The translations under genes were made by a program, and so were the position numbers. The notes beneath the pieces are model-generated. The model ran no database searches. It was not told where the DNA came from and saw only the letters and a list, made by a program, of their open reading frames with translations. From Ascoidea asiatica JCM 7603 (Eukaryota; Fungi; Ascomycota): a DNA stretch of 64,000 bases. Shown piece by piece: positions 11,209-25,500 of the stretch. The stretch is taken from the NCBI GenBank assembly GCA_001600695.1, contig BCKQ01000007.1, positions 185,703 to 249,702 of the forward strand. The letters run 5' to 3'. Positions within the stretch are counted from its first letter, which is position 1, and each line of letters opens with the position of its first letter.

Positions 11209-13119
11209 ATGAGGCGAGCTGTTAATAAATTATTACCTTCAAGGACAAAAATCTTATCAAAAAATACAATATCAAATTTACAAAAAAATTTTAAAAAAAA
11301 TTTAAATTTAAAAAATTTAAATTCAATTTTTGAATTTTATATATCTTTAAAAAATACAATAATTGAATTTAAACCTGCTGATTTAATTAATGGTTTTATA
11401 ATATTAAATTTAAGAAAAAATTTAATAAATATAAAAATTAATTTATCAATTATTGGTTTTGTTAAAATTAAATCTTATAATAATGTAACTTCAAATTCTT
11501 CAAATTCAAGAAAAATTATATTATTTAATAAAAAAAAAACTTTATATGGTGATATTAATAATAATAATAATCATAATCATAATTTACCTTCTTTAAGTCA
11601 AGGTGAACATAGATTTCCATTTTCAATAAAATTACCTTCAAAAAATATTTTTACAAGTATAAATTTTGAAAAAGGTTCAATTTCTTATTATTTAAAAGCT
11701 GAAATTATTCATAATAATAATTTATCTAATTTTGATATAAATTCAAATATTACAATTAATTCAAATAATTCAAATAATTCAAAAAAATCAAATCATTCAA
11801 ATAATTCAAATATATCTCATTTTTCAAATAATTCAAATAACTCTAATCACTCAAATAATTCAAATAACTCTAACAACTCAAATAATTCTTATAACTCAAT
11901 ACATTCTCATAATTCAAATAACTCAACTAATAATCAAAATAAATCATCTAGATTCTCAAAACAATTCAAATCAAATTCTTCTTTATCCAAAAATACTTCA
12001 CCTTCACCTTCAACAATTTCAATTACAAACTCTAATATGGACTTAAACTTAGATTCTGATTCAAATTACGTTTCAATTGCAATTTGTGAAAAAAATATTT
12101 CAATTTTATATCCAATTAATATTTCAAAATTACCAAAACCAAAACCAAAAATTTTATTATTAAATAATGATTTATCAACAAATGATATAAATAATAAAAA
12201 TAATTCTTTAACTTATTATTCTCAAGATAAAAAAAAAAAGAAAAATTCATCTAAAAAACTTGATAAATCATTAAATATTAAAAAAATTAGTAATAACAAC
12301 ATCAATAACAATAGTAATAATAATAGTAGTAGTGATGAAAATTCTTCTTTAACTATAACCAATTCTATAATAACAACTACAAATGCTTCAAAATCTTCAA
12401 ATAATATAGGTAATAGAAGTATAATGACAAATAATAGTAATAGTACTGAAAGTTCAAATAGTTTAAAAAATTCAAATATTAAAAGACATAAAAGTATTTC
12501 CAAAAATAAAAATTTAACTAAATTATCAATAACAATTCCAGATACTGGTTATCTTAAAGGTGATTTAATTCCAATAAATATTTTTTTTAAACATAATAAA
12601 GTTGTTCAATCAATTAATGGTATCATTATTACTTTATTCAGACTTTGTAGAGTTGATGATAGTCCTCATGGTGCTGTACAATCTTTTAGAAAAGATTTAG
12701 CTCAAACTATAAAACCTTTAATTATTGATCCAAAAAATTTAACTTGTGAATTAAATACAATATTAAGAATACCATATGATATATTTCCAACAATTGTTGG
12801 TTCTCCATTAATTTCTTTTCAATATTATATTGAAGTTTTATTAAATTTATCAAATAAAAAAAATTCTTTAGATTTATTATTATCTAAAAGTTCAATAATT
12901 GATCCTTTAATTTCAAATAGTCATTCTAATCATAATTTAAATTTAAATAATCAAAATTCACTTGAAAATAATTTAATTTTTAAAAATAATAATGAATTAA
13001 TCTTTAATGTTGATAAATTAAGAAGAATGAATAATGTTATAACTTCAACAACTGAAATAATAATTGGAACTGAAAGAGATGATGAATTGATTGATGATAT
13101 TCATAGTAACAATAATATT

Positions 13120-13153
<34 letters not shown>

Positions 13154-13929
13154 TATGTAATAATCTTAACCATATATCAATCTCTTCAAATTTAGAAAAT
13201 CAATCTCCACTTCATCTTGATCCAGAAAATGAAATACAATCACAATTACCACATGATCCTATAATTCATAATCAATCAGAGACTCTATTGATAAGTCCAA
13301 TAGCAATCAATAGTAGAGAAAATATCCTCAATTCAACATTACCTTCATATGGAGAATCCAATATTAATGATAACTTAAATTCTCATTCATCTGATAATAA
13401 TTTAAATCAACCAATACCGATGCCATTTTCAATTCCTTTGCCTGAAAATAATGGTAATATATCTGAAAAGGAAATGTTAAGAATAAGGGCTGACGCCTTG
13501 TTACCTTCTGAGCCTCCAGATTTATCAATTGATGAAATTACTTCTAATTCTATTATTACTCCAAATGATGAAAATAATGCAAATCATGATAGTACTAAAG
13601 AAGTTGAAATAGATCAGTATGAAAATTTGACCGATAACTCAAATGAAAATCTTGTCAAAAATGAAATTGGTTCCCTTAGTGATCCCGATAGAGAAAGATT
13701 GAATCAGAATATTACTCGAAGATACAATTCAACAAATATTGGATCAATACCGCTTGAGGCTCTTGAGATCAAAGATTTTGTACCTAAATATAAAGAAGAA
13801 GAGGAAGATGAAGAAGATGGTGATACAATTGAACAAGATTTAGTTTTTGAAACTTCGGATTTCAATGATAATGTTACTATAACCAATAAGTCAATGAGAT
13901 TGCAAGTGTCTACAAGCATAAGTAAATAA
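11209..13929 (+). CDS. RIM8: Arrestin-like pH-response protein Rim8/PalF
   Basis: MRRAVNKLLP N-terminus; arrestin-N motif GEHRFPFSIKLP...TSINFEKGSISYYLK; arrestin-C motif QSFRKDLAQT...FPTI...FQYYIEV; C-terminal SEKEMLR...LLPSEPP (ESCRT-I-binding SxP motif). Confidence 0.92.
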
Positions 13930-14589
13930 TCTATTGATATACAATACAAATTACAAATTTTCAATTCTTTTTTTTTTAATTCCTTTTATTAGTTTTTCCA
14001 TTTCATCATGATGTTTACCCACATTTTGTTTTAACTTATGTGTTATGTTTTTTTTTTTTTTTTTTCAACCTTTTATTTTGCATAGATACTTTTTTGATTT
14101 TATAATTGTATATTTCTAGGGAATTAATTCATTTAATTTATTTGTTCGTTTTGCTTTCTTTTTTTTTTCTTTCCTTTTTTCTCTATAGTTTATTTACTTA
14201 CTTATACATTCTTGTTTTATTTTGGTAAATAACAATAAGCAGCAAATTGTTTCAAACCATGCTGCTTAAGCTTTAATATATTCTCTTTATAATTAAATCT
14301 TATAATATATTATTAGCATATCCTTTCAAGTAAAGATTGTTTATGAATATCTCCTAGCTTTCAGATAGGAATGTTATACAAACCTGTTTATTATTATCAG
14401 CTTTGTTCATAATACAAATTTAGCAAATATTACTTTATACACTTCTTTTTGATATTTCAGGAATATTTCGAACCTATTTTTAGGTTTTTTGTTCTAAATT
14501 AATTCTAAAATTCGGCTTTCCAACAATCACATGATCTGCAATAGCCGACAATCCGTGTCCTATTTTTAAAAATTATTGCCCCGATAAAA

Positions 14590-14745
14590 CTTGCCCTATA
14601 AAGTTGTAAAAATACAATCACGTTTATAAAATGAGGGCTACAAATTGAGTTAAATAATAAAAAATGACAAGTTCAAAATTACACCTTCACCATCTTAAAT
14701 AAGTCACGTGCCTGTATGACGTGACTGTGAAAAACTAGGGCTATG
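14590..14745 (+). promoter_or_regulatory. RPS23 promoter with Tbf1-like and Cbf1-like sites
   Basis: TAGGGCTA 14736-14743, GAGGGCTA 14633-14640, reverse-strand ATAGGGCA 14592-14599; GTCACGTG 14703-14710 and GACGTGAC 14718-14725. Confidence 0.65.
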
Positions 14746-14975
14746 AGAAAAATAATCAATTTTGACTGCTGTCTGAAGAGATTACAAAGGAGCTGTGAAC
14801 TATGCGAAATTTTGGACTGGTTGGATAATCTCTAAATCCCAATCCAATTTGCCAATAGTGAGCACCATTTCAATCAGTATTGATAGAATATATTATTGAT
14901 TTTTAATTTAAAAAACTATTAATTTTTAATTTTATACTTAATAGCCAATATAATAACAAGAATAATATAAGCAAA

Positions 14976-16064
14976 ATGGGTAAAGGAAAACCAAGAGGGT
15001 TAAATTCTGCTAGAAAATTAAGAACTCATCGTCGTAACAAGTAAGTTATAAATCCTTAAAAGATATCCCAATAAAATGGAAAAGATGAATGAAAACAATT
15101 AGAATAATTTTCTCAATCATGGAAATATACAATATCTGAAAAGAGAAATATTCAGCTTCAAAAATAAACAAATTAATATATGATTCATATATCAAAAAGG
15201 AATATTAATGAAGAAATTTGGCAAAAAATAAATTGAAAACCAAGAATTGAGACAAGTTTTATAGTCTTTAAATAATGTAAAAAATCTTACAAACGGAAAT
15301 CAATCAATTGGGGTTCTTAATTCATCTAATTTTTTTAAATGGAATTTCCATATAAAAGATTTTTTAGATAATGACCATTAAAAGAACTTTTTCTAAAACA
15401 TTCAGGCCTTACCTTAATAGTAATTTATAATAACTTTTTGATATTCCATATGAATTCAATTTGATTCTTTTAAATTTTTTTTATTTTCAAATAAGAGAAC
15501 AAAAGCTATTCCAGAATTCATCATTTAGGATCCGAAAATCAATTCAAATAAAATGGTAATTTTCTACTCAAATTTTCGAAACTTTAGATAATAAATTATT
15601 CTTGTTGAATCAATTCATTTTAGACTAAACCTTTTAAGAATTTTTGATTACTAACTTAAATAATTTCTTTTTTATTTCATTATTAAAATAGTCGTTGGGC
15701 TGATCAATCATATAAAACCAGATTGTTAGGAACAGCTTTCAAATCTTCTCCATTTGGTGGTTCTTCTCATGCCAAAGGTATTGTTTTAGAAAAAATTGGT
15801 GTTGAAGCTAAACAACCAAATTCTGCTATTAGAAAATGTGTAAGAGTTCAATTAATTAAAAATGGTAAAAAAGTAACTGCTTTCGTTCCAAATGATGGTT
15901 GTCTTAATTACGTTGATGAAAATGACGAAGTTTTATTAGCCGGTTTCGGTAGAAAAGGTAAAGCTAAGGGTGATATTCCAGGTGTTAGATTCAAAGTTGT
16001 TAAAGTTTCTGGTGTTTCATTATTAGCTTTATGGAAAGAAAAAAAAGAAAAACCAAGATCATAA
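14976..16064 (+). CDS. RPS23: 40S ribosomal protein uS12 (S23); exons 14976..15040 and 15692..16064, 145 aa
   Basis: Exon 1 encodes [21 protein letters not shown](N); exon 2 encodes [29 protein letters not shown]...[10 protein letters not shown]...KEKPRS. 65+373 nt = 146 codons including stop. Confidence 0.98.
15041..15691 (+). other. Spliceosomal intron of RPS23 (651 nt)
   Basis: 5' splice site GTAAGT at 15041, branch point TACTAAC 15649-15655, pyrimidine tract, 3' TAG ending at 15691. Removal restores the reading frame. Confidence 0.97.
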
Positions 16065-16348
16065 GTTATCTTTTATATATATATTATTTTCACTCAATAA
16101 ACATATAAACATAATGTGCCATAATTAAATTTAGAGGTTAACACTCCTTGTTTTTTTAACTAGCTTTTCTTTTTGAAATTACATAAAGTAAACTATAATA
16201 ATTTTGAAATTATTGAAAAAAAATGTATTACAGGCTTTCCTAATTGAATTTTCTAAATTAATTCTAAAAAGTTACTCACGTAGTTATTACAATTATTATA
16301 TATTATTATTTACTATATTCATCAATAATGAACATTAAAAAAGTCTAT

Positions 16349-18297
16349 CTAATACTCTAAATCAGTAACATCTGTATTCACAGACTCACGACTTGTTGGA
16401 ATATGAGTGGAAGAAGAATAAAAAGAAGAACTTACATTTCTTTCCATATGCTTTATTCTCTTATAATCACTTTTGATCTCAGAATCATCTGTATTTTTAT
16501 CAACATCACCATCACCATCATCATTCAGTTTTCTTTTTAATCCTCTTGATTTGATTTTCTCAATAAATGTTTTAAGCTTTTCATTTTCTAATTCTTCTTG
16601 TTTTTCATTAAGTTCTTTTCTTATTTTTAATTCTTCTTCAATTAATGATGGATCAAATAATCCTTTGAATCCAATTTTTGGTGAAACTAAATCAAATTTT
16701 AGCCAAAGTCCATTTTTTCTAGAATTTCTTAAATCTTTCCAATTCAAAAGATTTCTTTGATTTTCTAATTTTTTTAATTGTTCTTTAGATTTCACTTTAT
16801 CAAATTCAAAATCCATTGATTGATATACCATTTTAGTATCATTATCAATATCTTTATCAATATTATTATTTATTTGATTATTGCTGTTCTCTTTTTTCAG
16901 GTCTCCATTTGTTTCTATGATTTTATTTCTATTAATTTCATCCATATTTGTATCATTATCAGGATTTTTATTTACATTTGAAATATTATTAAGAATAGCA
17001 TTTTTTTTTTCATTATTATTAAGTAATTCTTTTATAGAATTAATTTTTTCTTCAATTTCATTGAAATTTATTTTAAAATCTTCTAAATTTTTATTAAATT
17101 TATTATTAAAAGATTCTTCTTTTGAGAAATTAATTAAATCAATTCCAAAATTTTGATTCCATAATTTTGTTAATTTTAAATTACCTAATTTATTCCAAAA
17201 TGGAGGATCCCATTTATAATTTGGATTAATTAAATTTAAATCTTTTTTAAAATTTATTGCAAGATAATTTAATTCATTAAAAGTTTTAAATTTAATTAAT
17301 TTCATTGCAAACCAAAATAAATCATTTTGTTCACTTGCAGATTTTACAGAATAATTTAAAGATTTTTGAAAATCAAATAAATAACTTTGAATTAATTTTT
17401 TTAAAGTTATTAAAGTTGCAAAATCTTCTTGATTTGATAAAGTTCTATATGAATTTGGATATAAATCTCTAATTTGATCTTTTTTAATAATATTATTATT
17501 ATTAAATTCAGTATCTAAATAAGTTTCTTTAATTGGTAAAATATTTAAATAATCAGTAATTTTTTCAATATTTTCATTTTTATTTTTTAAAGTTAAATTA
17601 AATAAAAAATTTATAATTATATAAAATTGAATTAATAATTGAGAAATTAAAATATTATTTTTTTTAATTTGATCATTAAAATAATTTGGATTTAAAAAAT
17701 TATTAAAATTTAAATTAATTATTTGATTTAAAAATAAATTATTATTATAATAATTTAATTTTTTTTTATAATATAATAAATTTTCAATAGAATTTTTATT
17801 TAAATTTGGATTTATTAATTTAATTTTTTTTAAAAAAAGATTATTATTTAAATTTATAAAATTTATTAAATTATTTGAATTAAAAAATTTTAAATCATTA
17901 TTAATTTTATTATTATAATCATTTTTATTTATATCTTTAATATTTTTATGTTTAAATCTTATATTATTTTTTATAAAATTATTTATAATATCATATAAAT
18001 CATTAAATAAATTTGTAGTTTGAAAAGAATTTAAATTTAATAAAAAAGATAAAGGATTTTTTAAAAAATTTAAAAAAGTTATAAATTTTCTTGCATTTTG
18101 ATTTGAAATTGAACCTGAGTTTAAATTTAAATTTAAATTTAAATTTGAATTAAAATTTATTAAATTATATGATAAATCATTATTAAAAGAAAAAATTTCA
18201 TCTTTAGTTTTATAAGGTAATAAATTAAAAATTGAATCATTAATTTTAAATGAATTTGATAAATATAATTTAATTCTACCAATGAATATATAATTTG

Positions 18298-18328
<31 letters not shown>

Positions 18329-19027
18329 TATTATTGACATTAAATTTATTGAAGATTGTAATAATAAATTTGCAGGTCTTATTAAACCAACCATTTTAGT
18401 TAAATGTTTTAATTTTTTATTTGAATTAATAGAAATTGAAGAATTAGATTTTTTATTTATAAAATTTATAAAAAAAGATAATTTTTTAAATCTTGATTCT
18501 AAATAAAACCAAAATTTATAATTAAAATTTATTGAATTTGAAATTAAAATATTTTGAATTAAAATAAAAGATAAATCATAAGAAGCATTTTGAGATATAT
18601 TTATAAGATATAAAGATAAATCTAAAAGTATTGAATAATAATTTAAATTATCATTTAATAATAATTTTTCATTAGAAATATTTAAATCTATAAAAGGTAA
18701 GTTATTATTATTATTATTATTATTATTGTTATTATGAGAAGAGATATAATTTAAAAGGTTATTAACAAATAAGAATTCTAAGATTAATTTAATTAATTCC
18801 TTATCTAAGTTTTCATTTATTAAAGGATCTATTAATTTATTATAATTTTTTTTAAATATATCATTATTTATTGGATTTTTTATTAATGGTAAATTTATAT
18901 TATTATTATTATTATTATTATTTAATAATTCATTTGAAATTGATTGAATTAAGTCATTTAAAATTGGAGATAAAGACTTCACATATTTCTCAACGATCTT
19001 TGGTTTATCATAACTAGAACTCATCAT
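16349..19027 (-). CDS. HPR1: THO complex subunit Hpr1/THOC1
   Basis: FWFYLESR, FIGRIKLYLSNSF, KLGNLKLTKLW and WKDLR segments resemble conserved THOC1 blocks. Heavily Asn-biased and divergent. Confidence 0.75.
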
Positions 19028-19406
19028 TGAAGATCATCAATCGATTACTTCTTACTTCTTACTTATTTGATTACTTATTTGATTATCTATTCAAATATAT
19101 ATATATATCTATCTATATCTATATCTATATCTATTCATTTATTCATTTATTTACTTATTTATTTATTTATTTCACTTCTTTCAATTCAAATTTATTTCTT
19201 CAAATAAACGAAAAAGCAAACAAAGCACGGGACTTCCTCGGTGTGTTCCCAAAAGGGGAATTTCTCAGTCGGACAGCCCCTTTCCGACCTCCTCTATTAT
19301 TTCATATTATATTATATTATTATATTATATTATTATATTATTATATTATATTATATTATATTACTCTATATTATATTGAAGTGTATGATATTAATGAAGT
19401 ATGATA

Positions 19407-20015
19407 TTATTGGGATTTAATTGGATCATTTGATAGACAATATTTAATTAATTTATAAAAACTATCTCTGTCAGTTGGATTATGAATCCAGATACCATAA
19501 ATATCATCTAACCAATTTTTTATAATTAATAATGAATCTTGTTTCTCAAATTCATATTTATTACCTTTATAAATATTTGGATATTTATTAATTAAAATAT
19601 TTGGAATTAAACCAATTGAGAAATTTTTTGGATTAATTCTATTTAAAATTATTAAACCATAAACATAATGATCATTTAATTCCATTTCATTTAAATTACT
19701 TAAATTATTTAAATTATTTAAATTATTTAAATTATCTTTATCATAATCTCTTAAATATAAAGCTAAAGGACCAGAAATATCTAATTTTTCCCAACTTGAA
19801 TCAATTTCATTATATTTATATAATATTGATTGATAAGTTTGAAATAGAATATGTTTAATTTTTGGATCATATTTTCCAATAACATTAAAATTTATTATAT
19901 TTTTATAAAATTCCAATGACATTTCTTTATTTTTATCTTCTTCTATATTTATGTTATCATCATTAGTGTTATTATTATTATTTTCATCTTGATTTATATA
20001 GGATATTGAAGACAT
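19407..20015 (-). CDS. DCP1: mRNA decapping enzyme subunit Dcp1 (EVH1-like)
   Basis: LEFYKNIINFNVIGKYDPKIKHILF, WEKLDISGPLALYLR, YGLIILNRINPKNFSIG and IYGIWIH motifs. Confidence 0.95.
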   Translation of the reverse strand: MSSISYINQDENNNNNTNDDNINIEEDKNKEMSLEFYKNIINFNVIGKYDPKIKHILFQTYQSILYKYNEIDSSWEKLDISGPLALYLRDYDKDNLNNLNNLNNLSNLNEMELNDHYVYGLIILNRINPKNFSIGLIPNILINKYPNIYKGNKYEFEKQDSLLIIKNWLDDIYGIWIHNPTDRDSFYKLIKYCLSNDPIKSQ

Positions 20016-20326
20016 ATTTATATTAGTATAATTATGTTATTTGAGGAAATTAAAATTATAGTATAAAGATAAAGATAAAGATAAAGATAATATTGTTTTA
20101 TTGAGTATTTAAACTTGAATCTCCATTTCTTAACAGTGGTTAGTGGTTAGTGGTGGTGGTGGTATTTGATTTATTATCTTTTACGTCGGCACCAGAAGTG
20201 TGGTAGTTGTGCCGGAACTCACTGAACCGACCACGGTCATGTGACGTGTTTTTGAATTCCTGGAGAAAGAAAATGATAAACAATAAAAAAAGCTATTGAT
20301 AATAAATAATGGATAATAAATAATTA

Positions 20327-20329
<3 letters not shown>

Positions 20330-20377
<48 letters not shown>
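20330..20377 (+). repeat. (CAAT)12 microsatellite in the MPE1 leader
   Basis: Twelve perfect CAAT units ending 18 bp before the MPE1 ATG. Confidence 0.95.
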
Positions 20378-20395
20378 TAATCTATCATTGTTATA

Positions 20396-20929
20396 ATGCC
20401 TTCAATAATATATTATAGATTCAAGTCTCAAAATAAAGAATCAAGATTGAATTTTGATGGAACTGGAATATCTGTATTTGATTTAAAAAGAGAAATAATA
20501 AATTTAAATAAATTAGGTAATGGATTAGATTTTATTTTAAAATTATATAATAAAGATACAAATGAAGAATATATTGATGATTCTGAAATAATTCAAAGAT
20601 CTTCAAGTGTAATTGTAAGACGTAGTCCTGCCATAAGACATGGAAAATTTAATGCTTCAAGATATGTAACTGGTAAACCAAGAATCTTAAGACATACTCC
20701 TCAAAATAATATTAATATAAATAGTAATAATAATAATAACAGTAACAGTAACAATATCATTAATCAAAATAATTTTAATCAAAGTTCTTTGAATAATAAT
20801 TCAAATATTCAATCTGAAGAAGATAGAATTAAAGCTATGTTTCAAAATCAAGATAATGCTTGGCAAATGCAACAACAAGAATTATCTGAAAAAAAACCAA
20901 TATTCTTTAATAAAAATCAATTACCATCA

Positions 20930-20965
<36 letters not shown>

Positions 20966-21517
20966 TCAACTTTAAATGGTTCTAATTCTCAAGATCCTCC
21001 TCCTGCAGGTTATATATGTTATAGATGTGGTTCAAGTGATCATTTTATAAAAAATTGTCCAACTAATAATGATCCAAATTTTGAAGTTAAAAGAATTAAA
21101 AGAACTACAGGTATACCTAAATCTTATTTAAAAACTGTTGAAAAACCACCATTAGAAGAAGGTGGTAGTTATATGATTACTGATGATGGAAAATTTGTAA
21201 TTGCAGAAGCTGATAAAAAATCTTGGGAAATTTATCAAAAAAAACAAGAAGATTTATTAAATTTACAAATTAATAATATTAATGATAAATCTTTAATTGA
21301 TCCATTATCAAATAAATTATTTAAAAATCCAGTTAAATTACCATGTTGTTTAAAAACTTATTCATTAAATTTAATTGAAGAAAATTTATTAAATAATGAT
21401 TTTATTTGTCCAAATTGTTTAAAACAAGATATTTTCTTAGATCAATTAAAACCAGATATTCAAATGGAATTAAAAATTAATAATTATTTAAATGATTTAA
21501 AAAATAATACTCTTGAT

Positions 21518-21586
<69 letters not shown>

Positions 21587-22093
21587 TCTACTAAAAATAA
21601 TAATCAACTAAGTAATCAAATGAATAATCAAATTCAAAGTCAAAATCAAATTTTAAGTAATATAAATAATAATATATCTAATATGAATTATAATGCTATG
21701 AATAATAATAATAATACTAATAATAATGAAAATAATAATAATAGTTTACTTCATAAAAGAGATGAAAATAATTCAGTTAATGTAAAAAGAGCAAAAATTT
21801 CATTACCTTCTAAACCACAATCAATTCCTTCTATACCTCAAATGTCATCATTACCAATGAATTTAAATAATATGAATAATATGAACAATTTAAATAATTT
21901 AAATAATATGAATAATATGAATAACATGAATATGAATATTCCAAATATGTCAGGTTTACCAAATCTTCCTCCAATTCCAAATTTACCAAACTTACCAAAT
22001 TTACCAAATATGTCAAATATGTCAAATTTACCAAATTTAAATAATAATAATCAAAATTTTTTCTCATTCAATCCTTCATTTAATAATCAATGA
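20396..22093 (+). CDS. MPE1: Cleavage and polyadenylation factor subunit Mpe1 (DWNN, zinc knuckle, RING/U-box)
   Basis: IYYRFKSQ...FDGTGISVFDLKREI DWNN domain; PPPAGYICYRCGSSDHFIKNCP knuckle; RIKRTTGIPK; PCC...DFICPNC. Confidence 0.95.
21521..21586 (+). repeat. (AAT)22 coding microsatellite (poly-Asn) in MPE1
   Basis: 66 bp of uninterrupted AAT. Confidence 0.95.
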
Positions 22094-22574
22094 TTCAATA
22101 TTCTTATATTTTTAATGAATATATACTGTATATATGTAACATAATTCAAATGAAATATCAAAATCAAAATGACAATCATAACAATTAATATAGTACAATA
22201 CTTAACTTTTTGAATTGAAATATTAGACTATTTTTTTATGCAATTCAAAATAATATATGGGTAATTTTTACTAAAAAGGACATTATTAAAAGGCTACAAG
22301 AGGAATTTAAGAAAAAAGAAAGACTAATTTATATAATATGGCATTTCTTGAATAGAAAATACCTAAAGTTCTATTGATTTCTATAGTTCTATAAAAGTTT
22401 AATTACAAATTAATGTATACCTTGGTGACTAATACATTGTTCCTGAAAGTCTTGAAACCTTTCAAGAATACCAAAATAATAAATAACATCTAACTTATGG
22501 CTCTGTCCTAAACATCTATCTAATGATGAAATCTAAAAGCTTTTTAGATCTTCATTTTTCATATGTTTGTAGAA

Positions 22575-25500
22575 TTAATGAAAAAGACTTTGATTATTAT
22601 TTAATTCAAAATTGTTTAAAATGTCATTAATATATTCATCATTATTTTTGATTGTAGCAGAGGTTATTCTATTCATCATTATACCACTTCCATTTCCATT
22701 ACTATTTTCATTGTTATTTACATTGTTATTTCCATTGTTACCTCCATTATTGTTTCTAATACTGTTCCCATTTCCATTATAACGACCATTATGATTACTA
22801 TCATTGGAATAATCAATACTCATCTGAACAGTATTTGGATTATTCATATTTTGATTTTTGAAATTATTTATATTACTTAAATCACTCATACTATTTGAAG
22901 TACTCATATTGAAATTATTCATATTACTAATATTTGGCATACTATTAATTGGATTAATATTATTTAAATTATTCAAATTATTCATACTAATACTATTTCT
23001 TCTATTACCATTATTAATACAATTTTGATTTTTATTACTTGTATTCACATTCATATTCATATTCATGTTTTTATTATTAATATTATTATTATTTACACTA
23101 TTATTACCACTGTTATTATTGTTACTATTAGAACATGAATTTGTAGCATTTATAAATTGACCATTCATATTCATGATTAAATCATAGTTATAATTATAAG
23201 TATTATTGAGTGGATTAAAATACAAATTATTGTTATTATCATTACCAAAACTATTATTACCTAAATTAAATAATGTATCATTAGCAGTTTGAAAAAATGA
23301 ATCAATCATATCATGATCTAATGTTAATTCACTATCAATATTATCGAAAATTCCATTTATTCCACCATTATTACCATTACTATTACTACTATTGTTATTG
23401 GTATCATTATTAGATTGAATAGAATTACTATTTCTCATACTTATTCCACCATTATTATTCATACTCACATTATTCATATTCATATTATTCATACCCATAG
23501 CATTCATACTTATATTATTCATACTCATATTATTCACTCTATTCATAATATTTATATCATTCATTGTATTACTACTCCTTCCATTTTTAATATTTACATC
23601 AGTCAAATTTGTATTAGATATGCTAGTATTGATATTCTTACTATTAAAATTACTACTTTCTTTATTAGATTGATTATTATGATCATTTGAAATTATATAT
23701 TGTCCATCATTTTCATTGAATTTTTTCGAATAATTTCTGTTTTTATCATTATTTCCTTGAGAAAATCTATTATTATTCTGTTCATAAAAAATACTATCCT
23801 TATTACTATTAGTACTGATGTTATTGGTATTAGTATTGTTATTGAAATTATTAGTATCGGTATTTCTAACAATGTTATTGTTGTTATTTCTGACAACATC
23901 ATTATCTCTGATAGAATTCAAATTATTTATATTAAAATTACTGTCATCATTTTTAGATGAAATGACTTTCTTATTATTGACTTTTTGAGTATTTATTTGA
24001 TTACTCGTTTTATCATTAGGTTTGATATAAATTGGAATATTTCTTCTAGAAAATTGTTGGTCTTTTGATTGTATAGGTTGAGGGGTATTATATATATTTT
24101 TATTCAAATTTGAATTGATCTTAGACAATATTGGTTTGATATTATTATCGTTATTTTTATAATTGGAAGAATGTATGATTTCAGGACTGTTTCCTTTAAT
24201 TCCTTGCGAAGCTTTATTAGTGGGTAAAATGCTATCATTTTGAATATTTTGACAAGAAATATCTATTTTCTTATCAAGGATTGGTTCAAATTTCTCATCA
24301 ATATCATGAATTTGGGAATGAATTGTATGTTCATGATTTGGTTCACTATCACTTAATTCATATTCTTCATTTATATTATCAGATCCATTCTTAGTAAAGC
24401 TGGAATCATTTTCATAATATCCTAAATCATTTTCTGTTATTTTGGTATTATATCCATTATTAACTTCAACTGAATCTTCATCAGTAGAATCTTCAATCAG
24501 ACTATGATGATCTTTATTAATAATTTCTTTTTGTAATTTGAGTTTTTTAGAATCATGTCCTTTATCAGAATCCAGTTCATAACCACGTTTATGATGAAGG
24601 TCATGATTATCAAGAAATGTTAAAGAAAATTTAACTTTTCCATTATTAGCTTTTTTTAATTTTTCATCTTTTTTTAAATTTTTATCTAATAATGAAACCA
24701 ATCCAACTTCTTTTAATAAACTTTCACTAACTTCATACATTTTTCTCATAGATCCATCAATTTTAAATAAATTATTTTTCATTGCTTTTCTAATTTTATT
24801 TATTGATTTTAAAATAAATATTTTATCAATTTTAATTCCTTCAATTAAAAAATCTAAATCTGAATTTTTACATTTTTTTCCAATTTCTAAATTACTTTCA
24901 CTTTTTTTAGATTTATTTTTTTTTTTTGTATCATTTGATTTATTTGGTGATAAATAAATAAAAAATGGAATTAAAGCCATAATTGCACAATATCCATAAA
25001 ATACATCTAAATATAATGTTCCATCAACTTGTTCCATAATATTTAAAGTATCTAATAATTCACATACCATTATTGCAGATTTTAAAGCACTATTTATTAT
25101 TAAAGTAACAGATTCATCAAATTCTTTTAAAGTTATTGATCTTGATACAGTCATATGAACAAGATATAAAACAAAAGGTAAAGTTAAATTTATAACATAA
25201 GAATGAAATTGCATATGTAATTTAATTTTATATCTTATATTTATCATTACTCTTTCAGCATCTTCATGATTAGTATTAATTCTACCTTCTAATTCATCTA
25301 AAATTGATTTAAGATCAAGATTTTTTGAACTTAAACCTTTTAAAAATTTTTGTAAAGTTTGTCTAATTTCTAAAGTTTTTTCAACATTTGATAAAGATAA
25401 TGGAGAATGATTTAAAGAATCAGTTGATTTTACAGAAGCTCCATTATATAATAATTTTCTAAAATCTAAAATTGAAGATAAAATTCTTGATAATTTTACA

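Noticed and set aside
15723-16064. 113-aa RPS23 ORF as a complete gene
   Set aside because: It starts at TTG; the true start is in exon 1 at 14976.
19027-19404. 125-aa ORF between HPR1 and DCP1
   Set aside because: Translation of AT microsatellites in intergenic DNA with a non-ATG start.
20136-20163. GTGGTTA repeats as telomeric sequence
   Set aside because: Only two to three units grading into GGT repeats within a promoter.
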